Positions 52,501 to 64,000 of a stretch of DNA of 64,000 nt are shown piece by piece. Position 1 is the stretch's first letter, and each line of letters begins with the position of its first letter. The notes under the pieces were generated by a model. The model did no database searches. It saw nothing but the letters and a program-made list of their open reading frames with translations, and had not been told where the DNA came from. A program made the position numbers and the translations under genes. Source of the stretch: Bugula neritina (Eukaryota > Animalia > Bryozoa). The DNA is taken from positions 9,916,618 to 9,980,617 of the forward strand of contig OZ037772.1 in NCBI GenBank assembly GCA_964035545.1, in the 5' to 3' direction.

Positions 52501-54506
52501 ATATCGTTCCAGAATAAAATTAATTATTTTATTATTTCCTTCGAGAATCAATAGACAAGATTGAAGGTGTTGTATTATATATGCATTTTCTGTTAAGCTT
52601 AAAGTGGTAATCATAAAGCTATATGCATTTAAGTTTGAGAACCAAACCTTATTCCATTATGAATTTATGTAGCCCCCACAATGCAATAATTGGCATGCTG
52701 GTTTGCAAGTTTCAGGTCTGCGGTTTGATTGCCGGTGGGTCAAAAATGTTTGTTAACACCATAAGTTCATACCTTTTACCTTTGGTATAACAGTTTGTAG
52801 AGTAAAAAATAATATTATTGGCAAAAGTTCTTTCTTCAATAGAATCTTTATTTATGTTTAGCAGAAGTATCTTTTCAAACATTTATTACATTTAGGTAGT
52901 ATTAAATTCTGTCCTATAAGTTTCTTTTGTTATAAAGTTAATATACTTAGCATGCACTAAATTTGGTAATGCAACTTTAAACCTCATGACTTTAGTTAGT
53001 CTAATACTAATCTTATACTCGATGACTTGTCATCAAACTGAGGACAGCGTTTTACATAAAAATCTATTAAAAGTAGACACTTTGAAAGAAACCATTGTAT
53101 GCAGATTCAGCTTGAGGGTCGAATATATTGTGATAAAATTCAAATGAAAGCACAATTCTCGATGATGTAGTCGAAAGGCACTGGAGTTTTTCTATATAAA
53201 AGAAAATAGCTTGTCTATAATGTAGGCCTAAATTTTTGTTGAAAACACAATTTGGCAATCTGAAATATTTTTTGTAACCTTTTATACCTCGATGTATGAT
53301 GTGCCTGCTGTGGAGATAGGAGAGGCCTTCCAACAGCTGGAAGATGCACTTTTTAGTTTTCTGTTCAGTAAAAGGTCCAGACGATAAAGCTTTTCTTATT
53401 GTTCCTCCAGGCATATATTCCATAAAAATACAAAGAACCTTTGTTTCTGCAATGAAAGGAAGTGTAAATAGCGTGCAAGTATGCCTGTGACAGTGGTAGA
53501 GAAGGGGAAAAAAGCTTCAGCACGGTTATAAAGAGCGCAAAAATTTTTTTAAATCAATGACCTGTTTAAACAACCTCGTAAACGAAGCTTGCATCGACAA
53601 TTATTTTATTGCATTTCAAATTGGCAATATTTTGATAACACTGTGTTGGCATTGAAATATTTGTGGGTGATTAAAAAATACTGAAAAGCTCGATCTGCAT
53701 GATATTATACACATTACTCTAACAGATAATGAGTACAGAAAGGCACACCTGGTCCATAGGAACCATCTTTCAGCTCATGTCGAATAAACCTGACTATACG
53801 ATCATGACTCAACTTCTCTAATATCTTAACTTCAGCTGTCGCCCTGTGAATTTTCTAAAAAACATGAGCCTTTATTAGCAAAAACTGCTTGTTGCGCATA
53901 CAAGAATCTTTTTAGTTGCTACTTTTGCTCACTAATCACAAAAGACTGCTTCATAAAGAAACATCAGAAAAAAAAAAGAGATTTGTGCCAAAAAAGAAAA
54001 GAAGAAGCTATAATAAATCATTTTTATAAAATGTTGAATAGGTTTCCAAAACTTTATAGGAATTAATATTTTCTTACTTTCTTGTATGTAGAGCCGCTAA
54101 CCATTCCAAGTTCAATTTTCTTTACAGCCTGCTCCTCTTGTCTCTCTTCGTCTAAGTACAGCCAAACCGAAGCAAAAGTTCCTGTGCCAATAAGCAGCTT
54201 ACTGCATGATTCTGTGATTCAAAAAAGATGTTTATTTATAATTTATAGTAGAACAATTTGACAAAAAATACTTGCTTTAATATTTTCAAAAACACTCTTG
54301 CTTCTCAAAATCATCATACTTCAAAACATTTACTTAGCTACTTGCCAGGCAAACTAAGAAGCTATTTTAATATACAAATTCCAAACGATCAGTTACATAT
54401 AGATGCTAGTATGTTTTATTTTCTATATTAACAAGAAAAAAGTATTTCTACCTTCCATATCTTCATATAATGCCTGTTTTGAAAATTTTGCTGAAGAAGA
54501 GCTCAT
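49593..54506 (-). pseudogene. kinase + NHL-like propeller gene B; HRD>HRG and an in-frame TGA in the activation segment
   Basis: Exons 54506-54452, 54211-54078 (IGTGTFASVW...AVKK), 53854-53749, 53446-53279 (HRGIK), 52489-52300 (DFG...GTDK*MAPEV; TGA at 52355-52353), 51597-51350, 50909-50232 (propeller) and 49717-49593. Same intron positions as gene A; otherwise open. Confidence 0.82.
51855..52165. repeat. ~15-bp minisatellite (GGTTATGGTATGAAT)n in an intron of gene B
   Basis: Direct inspection. Confidence 0.92.
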
Positions 54507-55520
54507 CACCAAAGCTGATGCAACATGTGGAGTCTAACTAGCTGACTTAGGATTCCAATTAAGGACAATTTAAGAGATGGAACTTTGTCATATGTTGATT
54601 GTACGGAGAGTATCAAATGGATTGCCCATCACTACGGTACAGCCTTTAAATATTTCCTAAAACTAACACCCAATATCAAAGTCATTATTAGCATGCATTT
54701 CCTGAAATTATCTAAACGTATTGGTTTAATAACAATTAATGACTGCTATGCAGTGTGCGGGTAGCATATTTGCTGTCTGTTTGATAACACAGCAAATAAT
54801 AACTGCAGTCGTTGCTAGTTAGACAAAAGCCGCAGCCATCCAGAATCTATGGGAAAAAGGAGAGCTGGAGGGAGAAAGACTTGGATACTACTAATAACTC
54901 TAATACGTGTAACTCTAACCCTTCTAGAATGCAGTTAATATAGCATGCAGTGACATTTGTTTATACATTAGCTGTGAAGGATTCAAAAGAAATTTTAGCG
55001 GCTATAATAATTTGTAGTTGATGAAAGACTAAAAAAAACATAAAGACAGCATTATAAAAAATGTTTATGGTTTATTAACACAACTAATGAATGCCTATAC
55101 ATTGAACCGCGTTTAGTTGGTCACGTTATAACAAACTCCATCCTTATCAAGTCATTAAATGAATGCTAATCAGCTAAAATCATTTTCCGGGAATAAAGCA
55201 ATATTTGAGATACGTATGAGAGGTATTCAAACACTTATATCTCACTGCATTTACACCTGTACATTGCTACAGCTGCTATTCACTGAATATCCATGATGCA
55301 TTAACTGAATAGATAGCTACTATTGACGTGCTCAGAGCTATATTACAGATAAAACATGTGACCAGAGAAACTAATGTACATGACTCATATGTCATGTGAC
55401 TTTCATGGTAACTAGAAACTGCATTGTATGTAGTGATAGATAGGAGTTAGAGTGGGTAATGCAAAGAGCTGTATGCTATCTACTGTAGGCTGTGGAATAT
55501 ATGAAGCATCATCAAAAGGC

Positions 55521-55525
<5 letters not shown>

Positions 55526-55611
<86 letters not shown>
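55526..55611. repeat. (TA)n microsatellite
   Basis: Direct inspection. Confidence 0.97.
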
Positions 55612-55613
<2 letters not shown>

Positions 55614-56683
55614 CTCTTCTCAAAACGGTGTAATCAAGTAAAATAAATCAGTATACAATAGCAGGTAGCAGTGACATAAGGAGAACTAGAAAAGAAAAAA
55701 CTTGCATACGGCTCAGTTTAAAATCCAAACCTATATCTTTGTATATCACCAACCAATATTTAGGATTCAGAAATTAGCTAAGCAAATAGCATTTCACAGA
55801 TGCAATAAATAGAGATATTTAAATGAGCATATAGAAGATAACCTCACCCGGCAACCTATGCAATTAAATGCTTTAATAAATTAAAGAACATGCATAATAA
55901 ATATTAAAACTTATGTTAATGTACTCAAATCAAATCTTAATCAGTAAAGCAAACACAATTATGGCTCTATAACACCTAGTACCTATCACTAGATTTATTC
56001 TAAACATTATTTGTGTTCTTTAGTGTGTAAATTAGTTGTAACAGCATGCAATAGGGCTTGAAACAGTTGAATAAGTTATTTACTTTAACATTGTTCTTAA
56101 AAACTTAATAAGCTATAGTTTACTTACCTGCCTTCCTTTACAACTGACAATGCGGCTGCTAACAAATAACAGAGCTTTTTAATGATATATTTACACTCTT
56201 ATTTACTATTTATAGCCGTGATGAATGTATACTGCAGTTAACTTATTTAATAGCTCATGCAATGAAAACAAGATAAACAAACCGCTACACCTTGTTAACA
56301 ATACACACGTCAGCACAGCTTTACGGTGTGCCTGATGATAAGAGTTTCCGATATAAATGTTGAGTCAGATGCAGCTTAAATAAACTTGGTTGTACGCACA
56401 AGGAAGGTTGAATCCTGTTTGAATAGTTCCTGGAAAGTTCCTAAAACTGCGTTTCCATCACATAAATGGATTTTTCATTGTCTAATGGAAATAGTTACAT
56501 AGAAGCCACAGCCATAAGTTAATGTAAACTTATTTAATTAAACAATTTAATTCATACTGACATCCATTCCCATAATGCACAGTCAATTGCAACGCAGTGT
56601 TATAATGCTGTAATGAAAAACTGCTGGCATCTAAAATTATAAAGAAATAAAACCACTCACAGCAAAGATAGTTTCTAAGGAAT

Positions 56684-56763
56684 GTGTAGTAGTGTAATGG
56701 TATAGCACACTGGTGTACAAGTTAGAAGGCAGTGGTTGAGTCCTGGTGGAGGCAATTATAGTT
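56684..56763 (+). mobile_element. SINE-like head, family B-like, diverged
   Basis: GTAGTGTAATGGTATAGCACACTGGTGTACAAG...GGTTGAGTCCTGGTGGAGGCAATTAT resembles 12793 and 16540. Confidence 0.45.
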
Positions 56764-58450
56764 TGTACAAGCTACTTTGGTCTTGAAAAAATACTTCCAT
56801 CTAAAAATAGATTATGAGGAAATTCAATTTGAAGGATGATGATCTTATTCACTTTTCAAAATGAAGTTGTTTTGTATTAAAAGAGAATGAAATTCAAATT
56901 AGTTTTGGAAGTTTTTTATATAGCTGGTGAATGATGCTCTGGTCAATGCCTGAAGTGCAACACCTATCATGAAGAGCTGGCTTGTAATGCTATCTGCATT
57001 ACTGCAATTATTTAACTTGTTTTTTGCAAATTGATAACAGTACATGCAATGTGGCTCCCCAATGCAAAACCTATTTACACAATTCTAAACTATTTAGATA
57101 GAGTCCGGAGTATGATTGCAAACAATTATCCCTCTGGAATTCAGGAATTTTCTAGAAACAGCTTATGTATGATTCATGTTATGTAACATGATAAGGAACT
57201 ATCACACAAGCATCAAGCAAACAGCAAACACTATAAAGGATAGGTTTTCCCAGGAAATTGTGTAATAATATAAGACGCCTGTTTTATGGCCTATTGCTAT
57301 GTGTGACTTCAAATACGTGAAATAATTTCATGCAAAAAGCGATAACATTCCAATGCAAACTGTCAAAACAATATTTGGCATACAATATACGTTCTGCTTT
57401 TTCTGTAAATGTTAGAAATGTCACTAACAAAAAGTTAACTGTTTCATTAATAATAGCCTGCCCCAAGTGACAATGGGCTGTTAATATTGTATAGCATCGC
57501 TTTAACAAGGAGTCATTTCAAATGAAAAATCAAATACTTGATGTAAAAACACAATATGATAAAATAAAACAAAATAAATTATTATCTATATAATATACTA
57601 ATATATAATATTATGAACAATATATTGGAAGAAGGTTTTTGTAGATTATTCATGGTATATATATAGTAGCATATTTCTAAAAATAGCAAACTGTGATACT
57701 TTACCTATCGGAATAGTAGCAATAAGCTCCTAAGTAAGTGCTCTAAGTATTTTGATAGGCACTTACTACTTCTATTTTTCTTCAACAATCAACAAATCTC
57801 ACCTATAGGACTAAAGCTGGACAAATATCTTAGCCTGCAGTCAGGCATGTTAACCAATATTTGAATAGCATTTTTGCTATTGACTTTAGTTTATCCAGTA
57901 CAGCGATAAATTCAGATTAGGTAATAAAGCAAACAACCTCCAGTTCTTAGAAGCATTTTATTAGTTTTTCAAGTTGTGAAAGAATGAATAGCATTTAAAA
58001 ATAGGCATTCTGTCAATGCAATGAAAGAATTGATTATACCAATATTCTTTCAACACTATTTTTATGCAGTACTGAGTACTAGTAGGAAAATCTGCATTCA
58101 ATTTAATCAATAAGAAAAATCAATGAGAATCTTAGACTGCAGGTTTTGAAAATGTGTGCCCTGGATGGGAACATCAATTATAGAAGCTACTGAATAATGC
58201 TGTAGTACAGAACAGTGACAGAAAAAAACATTCTTTAAAAATGAGTAGTCAAAGAGTACACCTAATCATCCACTACGCTGTTTGAGATGCTTTCGATTCC
58301 AATGCAATATTGCTTCATATAATAAAATATTTCTGCACTGTTTTTTACCAGTATTTTATTTTATATCTTAGACTAATTAAACTGTAAAAAAAACACCAAA
58401 GCAACATGTAAAACTCACAAATAGTTTAAAAAAAGCGCAAAATATTTACT

Positions 58451-58758
58451 CTGGCAATATTATTTTATAATTAGCATCAAAATACAGCAGCACTAGGTAA
58501 GTGTATAACATTACATCATACATATAAAAATAAGTGTAAATATTTGAAAGATTTTGAAAGGCAAAAAAAATTAAAACAGTCCAAGCACACTGAAAATAAC
58601 TGATCTGGCAATATTATTTCTTCTGCATCAAAATAGCACTAGTTGAATATGTATTATATTTTACATATGAAAAATTCATTGTGAGTATTTATAAGAGTTT
58701 GTAAAACAAAACGACTGACAAAAATTCAAAATCTATCCAAGACCACTGGAAAGAAATC
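58451..58758. repeat. old ~154-bp tandem duplication
   Basis: CTGGCAATATTATTT...GCATCAAAATA..GCACTAG...TCCAAG..CACTG occurs twice (58451, 58605). Confidence 0.65.
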
Positions 58759-59282
58759 AGAAAGAAGCTATCAAACAGCTGGTATCATTTTAACAGTAAT
58801 AACAAATCACATCATTATTTACAGGGTTTAATTTATAAGATATACTACACACTGAATACTAAAAAATTGGAAACAGAACTTTTTCATATTTCAAATAAAC
58901 TTGCACTGTATTATAATACCTTGCAGCAATTTGTTTGAGCTTAACAAAAACATTTCAAAACATCAAAGCGTATGGAAAAAAACTAATTATGAAAATAGAC
59001 CTAAAATGAGGCTAAACTAAAATTTTTAAATCAATTTGTTTTTTATTAAATGAGATATCTAACACAGGTGCTAGCAATTTATATGGAATGTAGTACTAAT
59101 AGGTTGAGCTAAACTTACTGTGAATAAAATAATGAAAATTGTCTTTTTTGTGGCTTTCTGAAGTTGATTCCCAGAAATGAGATTAAATCTTAGTTTTTTA
59201 AAAGAAGATTGAAATAAGAAAGATTATAAGAAAGAAATGATATTTATTGTTCATGCAGTTGTGAGAGTTGGACGCCTGCTTT

Positions 59283-62200
59283 TCATTTGATCTGGTAGAA
59301 CTTTACCCTCTCACTCCAATATCCAAGTATGACTAGAGTTGATTTGAATACTGCCATGTCGTGTACAAAGCTGTCTCCTCTATAAGCTAGTCTGGAGAGC
59401 ACCTGACCTGATAAAAGAGGTCAAGAAGGTCAAAAGGTCAGAAAATCAAAAGTTCAAAAGGTCAAAAAGTCAGAGTGACAAGTATGCAAATTGATAACCA
59501 CACTTTGAACTAAATTTAAAAAAATTCTCTGCTTTTATTAGCACATAATTTAAAGCAGTACAAACCCGTTTCAAGTGAAATTATGCAGAATGTGTAGCCA
59601 TTGCTGTCAATCACAAAAACAAACTCATCTTGATAACAGGTCATTCCAACTGGCTGAGCCACTTCTTTGCATTTCCAAATCACTTTACCCTGTGAAGTGT
59701 TAAATTTGAACACTAATGACAGGTGTTCATGGGAGACAATAAGAGAGTTACTGTTGGCGGCACAAATTCTGGTCAGAGCATTATTTAGTAAAGGACAAAA
59801 GAGTATGCACACTACCTCCCCATTCAAAGAGTATGCACACTACCTCCCCATTCAAAGAGTATGCACACTACCTCCCCATTCAAAGAGTATGCACACTACC
59901 TCCCCATTCAAAGAGTATGCACACTACCTCCCCATTCAAAGAGTATGCACACTACCTCCCCATTCAAAAAGTATGCACACTACCTCCCCATTCAAAGAGT
60001 ATGCACACTACCTCCCCATTCAAAGAGTATGCACACTACCTCCCCATTCAAAGAGTATGCACACTACCTCCCCATTCAAAGAGTAGAACACAAGTGCTTT
60101 ACTTTTTAGGTCAGGAATTACTACTAAACTGTCTATCACAGCAAGTTGGTTTAACAAGTTTGATTTGTGTCTGTGAGTCCAACTGTTAACAATATTTCCT
60201 TCAAGGTCATAAACATTCACAGTTGAATCAATAAAGAAAGTGTATATTCTATCACAATACACCGAGATGCTGATCACTCTACCATTTGTACTAGGAATAA
60301 ATGGTGAGGTTTCTGGAAAAAGTTGCTCGGAAGACAAGCTGATTCTGTACACTCCATTTTCACACCCCACATACCCAATACCACCATACGTGTCAACAGC
60401 AATGCAGCCTGAAGAAATGATTTGTTTGCCAAGCAGTTCTATGGAATTGGGATGTGGAGGCAGAACTACTTTTTCCTCCTGAACAATGCTGCCTGCGATA
60501 AAAGAGTTTCATATAAATACAATGACACAGGGTAGTGCCTTCAGCAACAGCTTATGTAATATGTTGTTAAAAAAGTAAAAGTAGCCTACTGGCGGTTTTA
60601 AGTAACCAAATTTTTAAATTCCAGTTGCTAGATATTTTAAAATATAAGAATGGCATTTCTTTACAACAGAAGGAAACATTTCTACACAGCACTAAGCTTC
60701 ACCCAAGCTTTAAACTTAAATCCGTACAGAACAACCTCTTCCAGTTGGCTCATAGGTGAAGTTTGGAATACAGTCTTAGGTCTGGATACAGTTTTAAATT
60801 TAATTTCTCTTATTAAAAGGAATTTGAAATTACAGCGAGATAACTAAATCAATCTCACCTAAATTTATTTCAGGAGATTTCTCTATAAACCAAGGATTAC
60901 CTAGCAATTTCTCTGCAGTTGGTCTGGCTTCGTGAGAATAATTAAATATTTTTTTCAACATGTTTTTTGCAGTTGCACTAATTGTTGGTGGAAGATCGTA
61001 TTGTGGCTCTGCCTTTTGACTAATCTGAAACATCCACTGAATCATGCTATGCTTAGGCCATGGTGGTTGCTGGGTGAGCATTTCTACCATTGTTGCACCG
61101 ACACTCCTGTGATAAATAAGTAAAACATATTACTGCACATACTATTGGTCAAAGGCAACCATTTTAATTGGCATAGTTTATCAATTACATAATAATCTAA
61201 GTTATACAGTTTTTCATCACTAGGCAATTATTGGTACTGTATTTGTATTACATCAATATTTTACTCGTAATATATAGCATTGGTTTAGACTAATGAGTCT
61301 ATGCCTTACTCCTAAGAGATTAATTTACAAGTATACTACTACCCTATCTGCTTCATCTCTACTTGATTTATGCAACATAATGCACTACAAACAATATGAA
61401 GTGTAATTTTGTTAAGAAATGAAAGGTTATTTACAGTCCGATGAATAAAGTTTTTTGGCAATCTGCAATTAAAGGATTCAAAACTTTTTAGTGGCATAAT
61501 GAACTAATGGTTGAAAACAGTTCAAAGCATAATTTAATATGGATTACAAATTTAGGGTGTATAAATATACTTTTTAGCAATGTAGCAGTCAAACAGCAAA
61601 CTTAGAGGTAGTATATAAAGGAAACAATAAAATTTAAAGATTATAGTATAAAAATGAAACAGTGAAACTGACAGGCTGTATGGAAATTTAATGAGACAGT
61701 GAAGCTTAAAAATAATATAGGAATAAAATGATGACGATGACGATATAGTATTTAGTCTACAGATGTGAGCTATGCTCATTACACATATAAAGCAGTATCT
61801 AACCAAATATATCAGCTTCTCTGCTATAGTCTGTGCTGTTAACCACTTCTGGTGCCATCCACTTAGGAGTTCCGATAGACCTAGTTTTTGTGTCCACAGA
61901 ACCAGAATATGGGGTTGCTGGTTTGAAAGGCTTGGAAACTCCAAAATCACTAAGTTTAAGGTTATCTTGTGCATCAAGTAAGATATTTGAACCTGAAATG
62001 AAAGAATAGTACATAACTTACCTGAGAGAACTTGTATAATTTTGTTTCAAGTGTGTAAAATAGGTTTAACTTTGAACTATTAGAATTGAAAGAATAGTTG
62101 AAGGGATACAATTTCTTGTACACACTCACTATATGACAATAATTACTATAACACAGTTATCTAAATCAAACTCGGTTTTTTTGTTTATATCATCTAGTTA

Positions 62201-63387
62201 CATAGCCTAAACAGTAAAAAAAGTTACCAAAACAAATTTTAACAAAACTTAAATACTTTAATGTAACCTTTCACATCCCTGTGCATTAGATGCTTGCTGT
62301 GGAGGTATGAAAGTCCTTCTAGTATTTGTGTCATACATCTCTTAGTTTCTTTCTCTGGAAAAGCACCCGACTCTAAACGTTTATTCAACGATCCGCCAGG
62401 CATATACTCCATGTAAATACACAGTCTTGACTCTGCAAACAATTTTACATGCATATGTCACATTTGCCTGCCCGCGAGTGCTCGCTTGCACACGCACGCA
62501 TGCACAAACACACACGCTCGCACATATAGATATATAGATTTGCGTGAGTTCATGCCTTTTATTCAAAAGTATTATAACAAAAGTGAAAACTGATAATTTA
62601 TTAGATAATAACAGCTTTTGTTAAAAAATAAGCTTCAATGATAAGGAAGTATTTAAAAGTAAACAGGAAATACTGTTGATGCTTATACCTTCAGAGTCTT
62701 TAGATACTTCATGTCTAATGAATTGAACTATCCTCCCATGCTCTAACCGCTCCATAGTTTCAACCTCTTTTATAGCTTTCCTAATTTTCTAAAACAACCA
62801 ATCAGCAGGAAACTATGAGTACCTAGTTTTGTAACAAATCATCCTATTGGCTGTCATACTATCCCTAAGCTGCAAGAAAAAGATTGTGGATATACCTAGT
62901 GTAAGGGAATATCTAGTTAATTAGATTGCTTAATGGTTGACAGTGACAAAGTAACGGAGTTGCCATCATTTTCTAAAGTATATTCCAAGAAGTTTATATA
63001 TAAATTTGTCAATCAACGTCTACACCAAATATATTTAGTTTTGCTCTGCTAAAGAATTGCTTTAACAACAGAACATATTTAAACTTTCAATTGACAAGCT
63101 TAATTATCACCGCTGTAAGAAATAAAAAATTAGAATTGCATGGTCATCTGCTTTTTGTGGCCATGTCTATTGTCTGATCCTTTTAGCTATATTTTTTCAT
63201 TGCAAAGAAATTCTGTCTACAAGCGACAACCAAAAAGAAATGTCAAGATATTTCACCTCTTCATAATCAGAGTCTCCAGTTGAGCTGATTTTAATTATTT
63301 TTACGGCCTGTATCTGCTGACTCTTCTTATCAAAGTGTGTAAACACTGCGCCAAAAGCTCCAACACCTAGTAGCTTGCCATCAGACA
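59283..63387 (-). pseudogene. kinase + NHL-like propeller gene C (5'-partial); 2-nt frameshift and a minisatellite expansion within the propeller exon
   Basis: Exons 63387-63257 (LGVGAFGAVF...AVK), 62788-62689, 62432-62268 (HRDVK), 61992-61804 (DFG...GTPKWMAPEV; ends GAT ATA TTT G|GT, versus GAT ATA TG|GT in gene B), 61106-60859, 60492-59566 (propeller with 10x28-bp repeat) and 59407-59283. Confidence 0.8.
59801..60080. repeat. 28-bp minisatellite x10 (GAGTATGCACACTACCTCCCCATTCAAA) inside the propeller exon of gene C
   Basis: Ten near-perfect units with one substitution at 59969. The unit is the coding sequence for LNGEVVCIL, which is single-copy in genes A and B. Confidence 0.97.
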
Positions 63388-63599
63388 CTGCAAATCACTT
63401 TAAACTGTGAGTTAGATATGCTCAAGTAGCACATGGTAACAATTGTCTAAAATTTGCTTTTATTGGTATTATATAGATTATAATGCTGTTTTGCATTTCG
63501 TTTAGTCTTACAAATTGTTGAGTGTCAAACCGTCACAGCAAGCAGTTAACTGTTGCATCAAATTTTTATTTTATGTCATTATGCATCACATAAATAGAT

Positions 63600-64000
<401 letters not shown>

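Noticed and set aside
56325-56375. Second hammerhead candidate (CTGATGA at ~56332)
   Set aside because: No convincing stem II, GAAA box or stem I pairing.
59801-60080. CRISPR-like array (28-bp repeat)
   Set aside because: Units are contiguous with no spacers, derive from the host exon, and the context is eukaryotic with no cas genes.
59667-60189. Plus-strand repeat ORFs (MHTTSPFKEYAHYLPIQRVCTLPPHSKS)n
   Set aside because: Antisense translations of the 28-bp minisatellite within gene C.

Overview
AT-rich, intron-containing animal genomic DNA (probably an invertebrate; the species cannot be determined from sequence alone). The ORF track mostly shows fragments of spliced genes, which I joined by hand at GT-AG sites. 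(1) 1-27.2 kb: a tandem array of seven very divergent Bcl-2-family genes (+,+,-,-,+,+,+). They share a five-exon plan (47/113-122/152-167/141 nt/tail-anchor exon), with the phase-0 intron immediately after the BH2 'GGW'. Only the last copy keeps the canonical BH1 'NWGR'. One copy carries a long 6-residue Ala/Lys/Ser repeat stalk before its membrane anchor. (2) 27.6-38.1 kb: a head-to-tail dimer of a 5,242-bp TTAA-flanked DNA transposon (Kolobok-like) with a decayed P2X7-ballast/KolX-like gene. (3) 39.6-64 kb: three paralogous genes fusing an N-terminal MAP3K/STE11-type kinase to a C-terminal NHL-like beta-propeller. One is intact; two carry only a few lesions. Also present: tandem arrays of splice-donor motifs in Bcl-2 gene introns, a 28-bp exonic minisatellite containing AG|GT, a degenerate minimal hammerhead ribozyme inside a (TA)n tract, a palindromic MITE, two tRNA-derived SINE-like families and microsatellites. 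The most notable candidate system is the adjacent pair of diversified arrays (Bcl-2-like proteins and kinase-propeller proteins), which may be a lineage-specific immune/cell-death locus. That functional link is inference.
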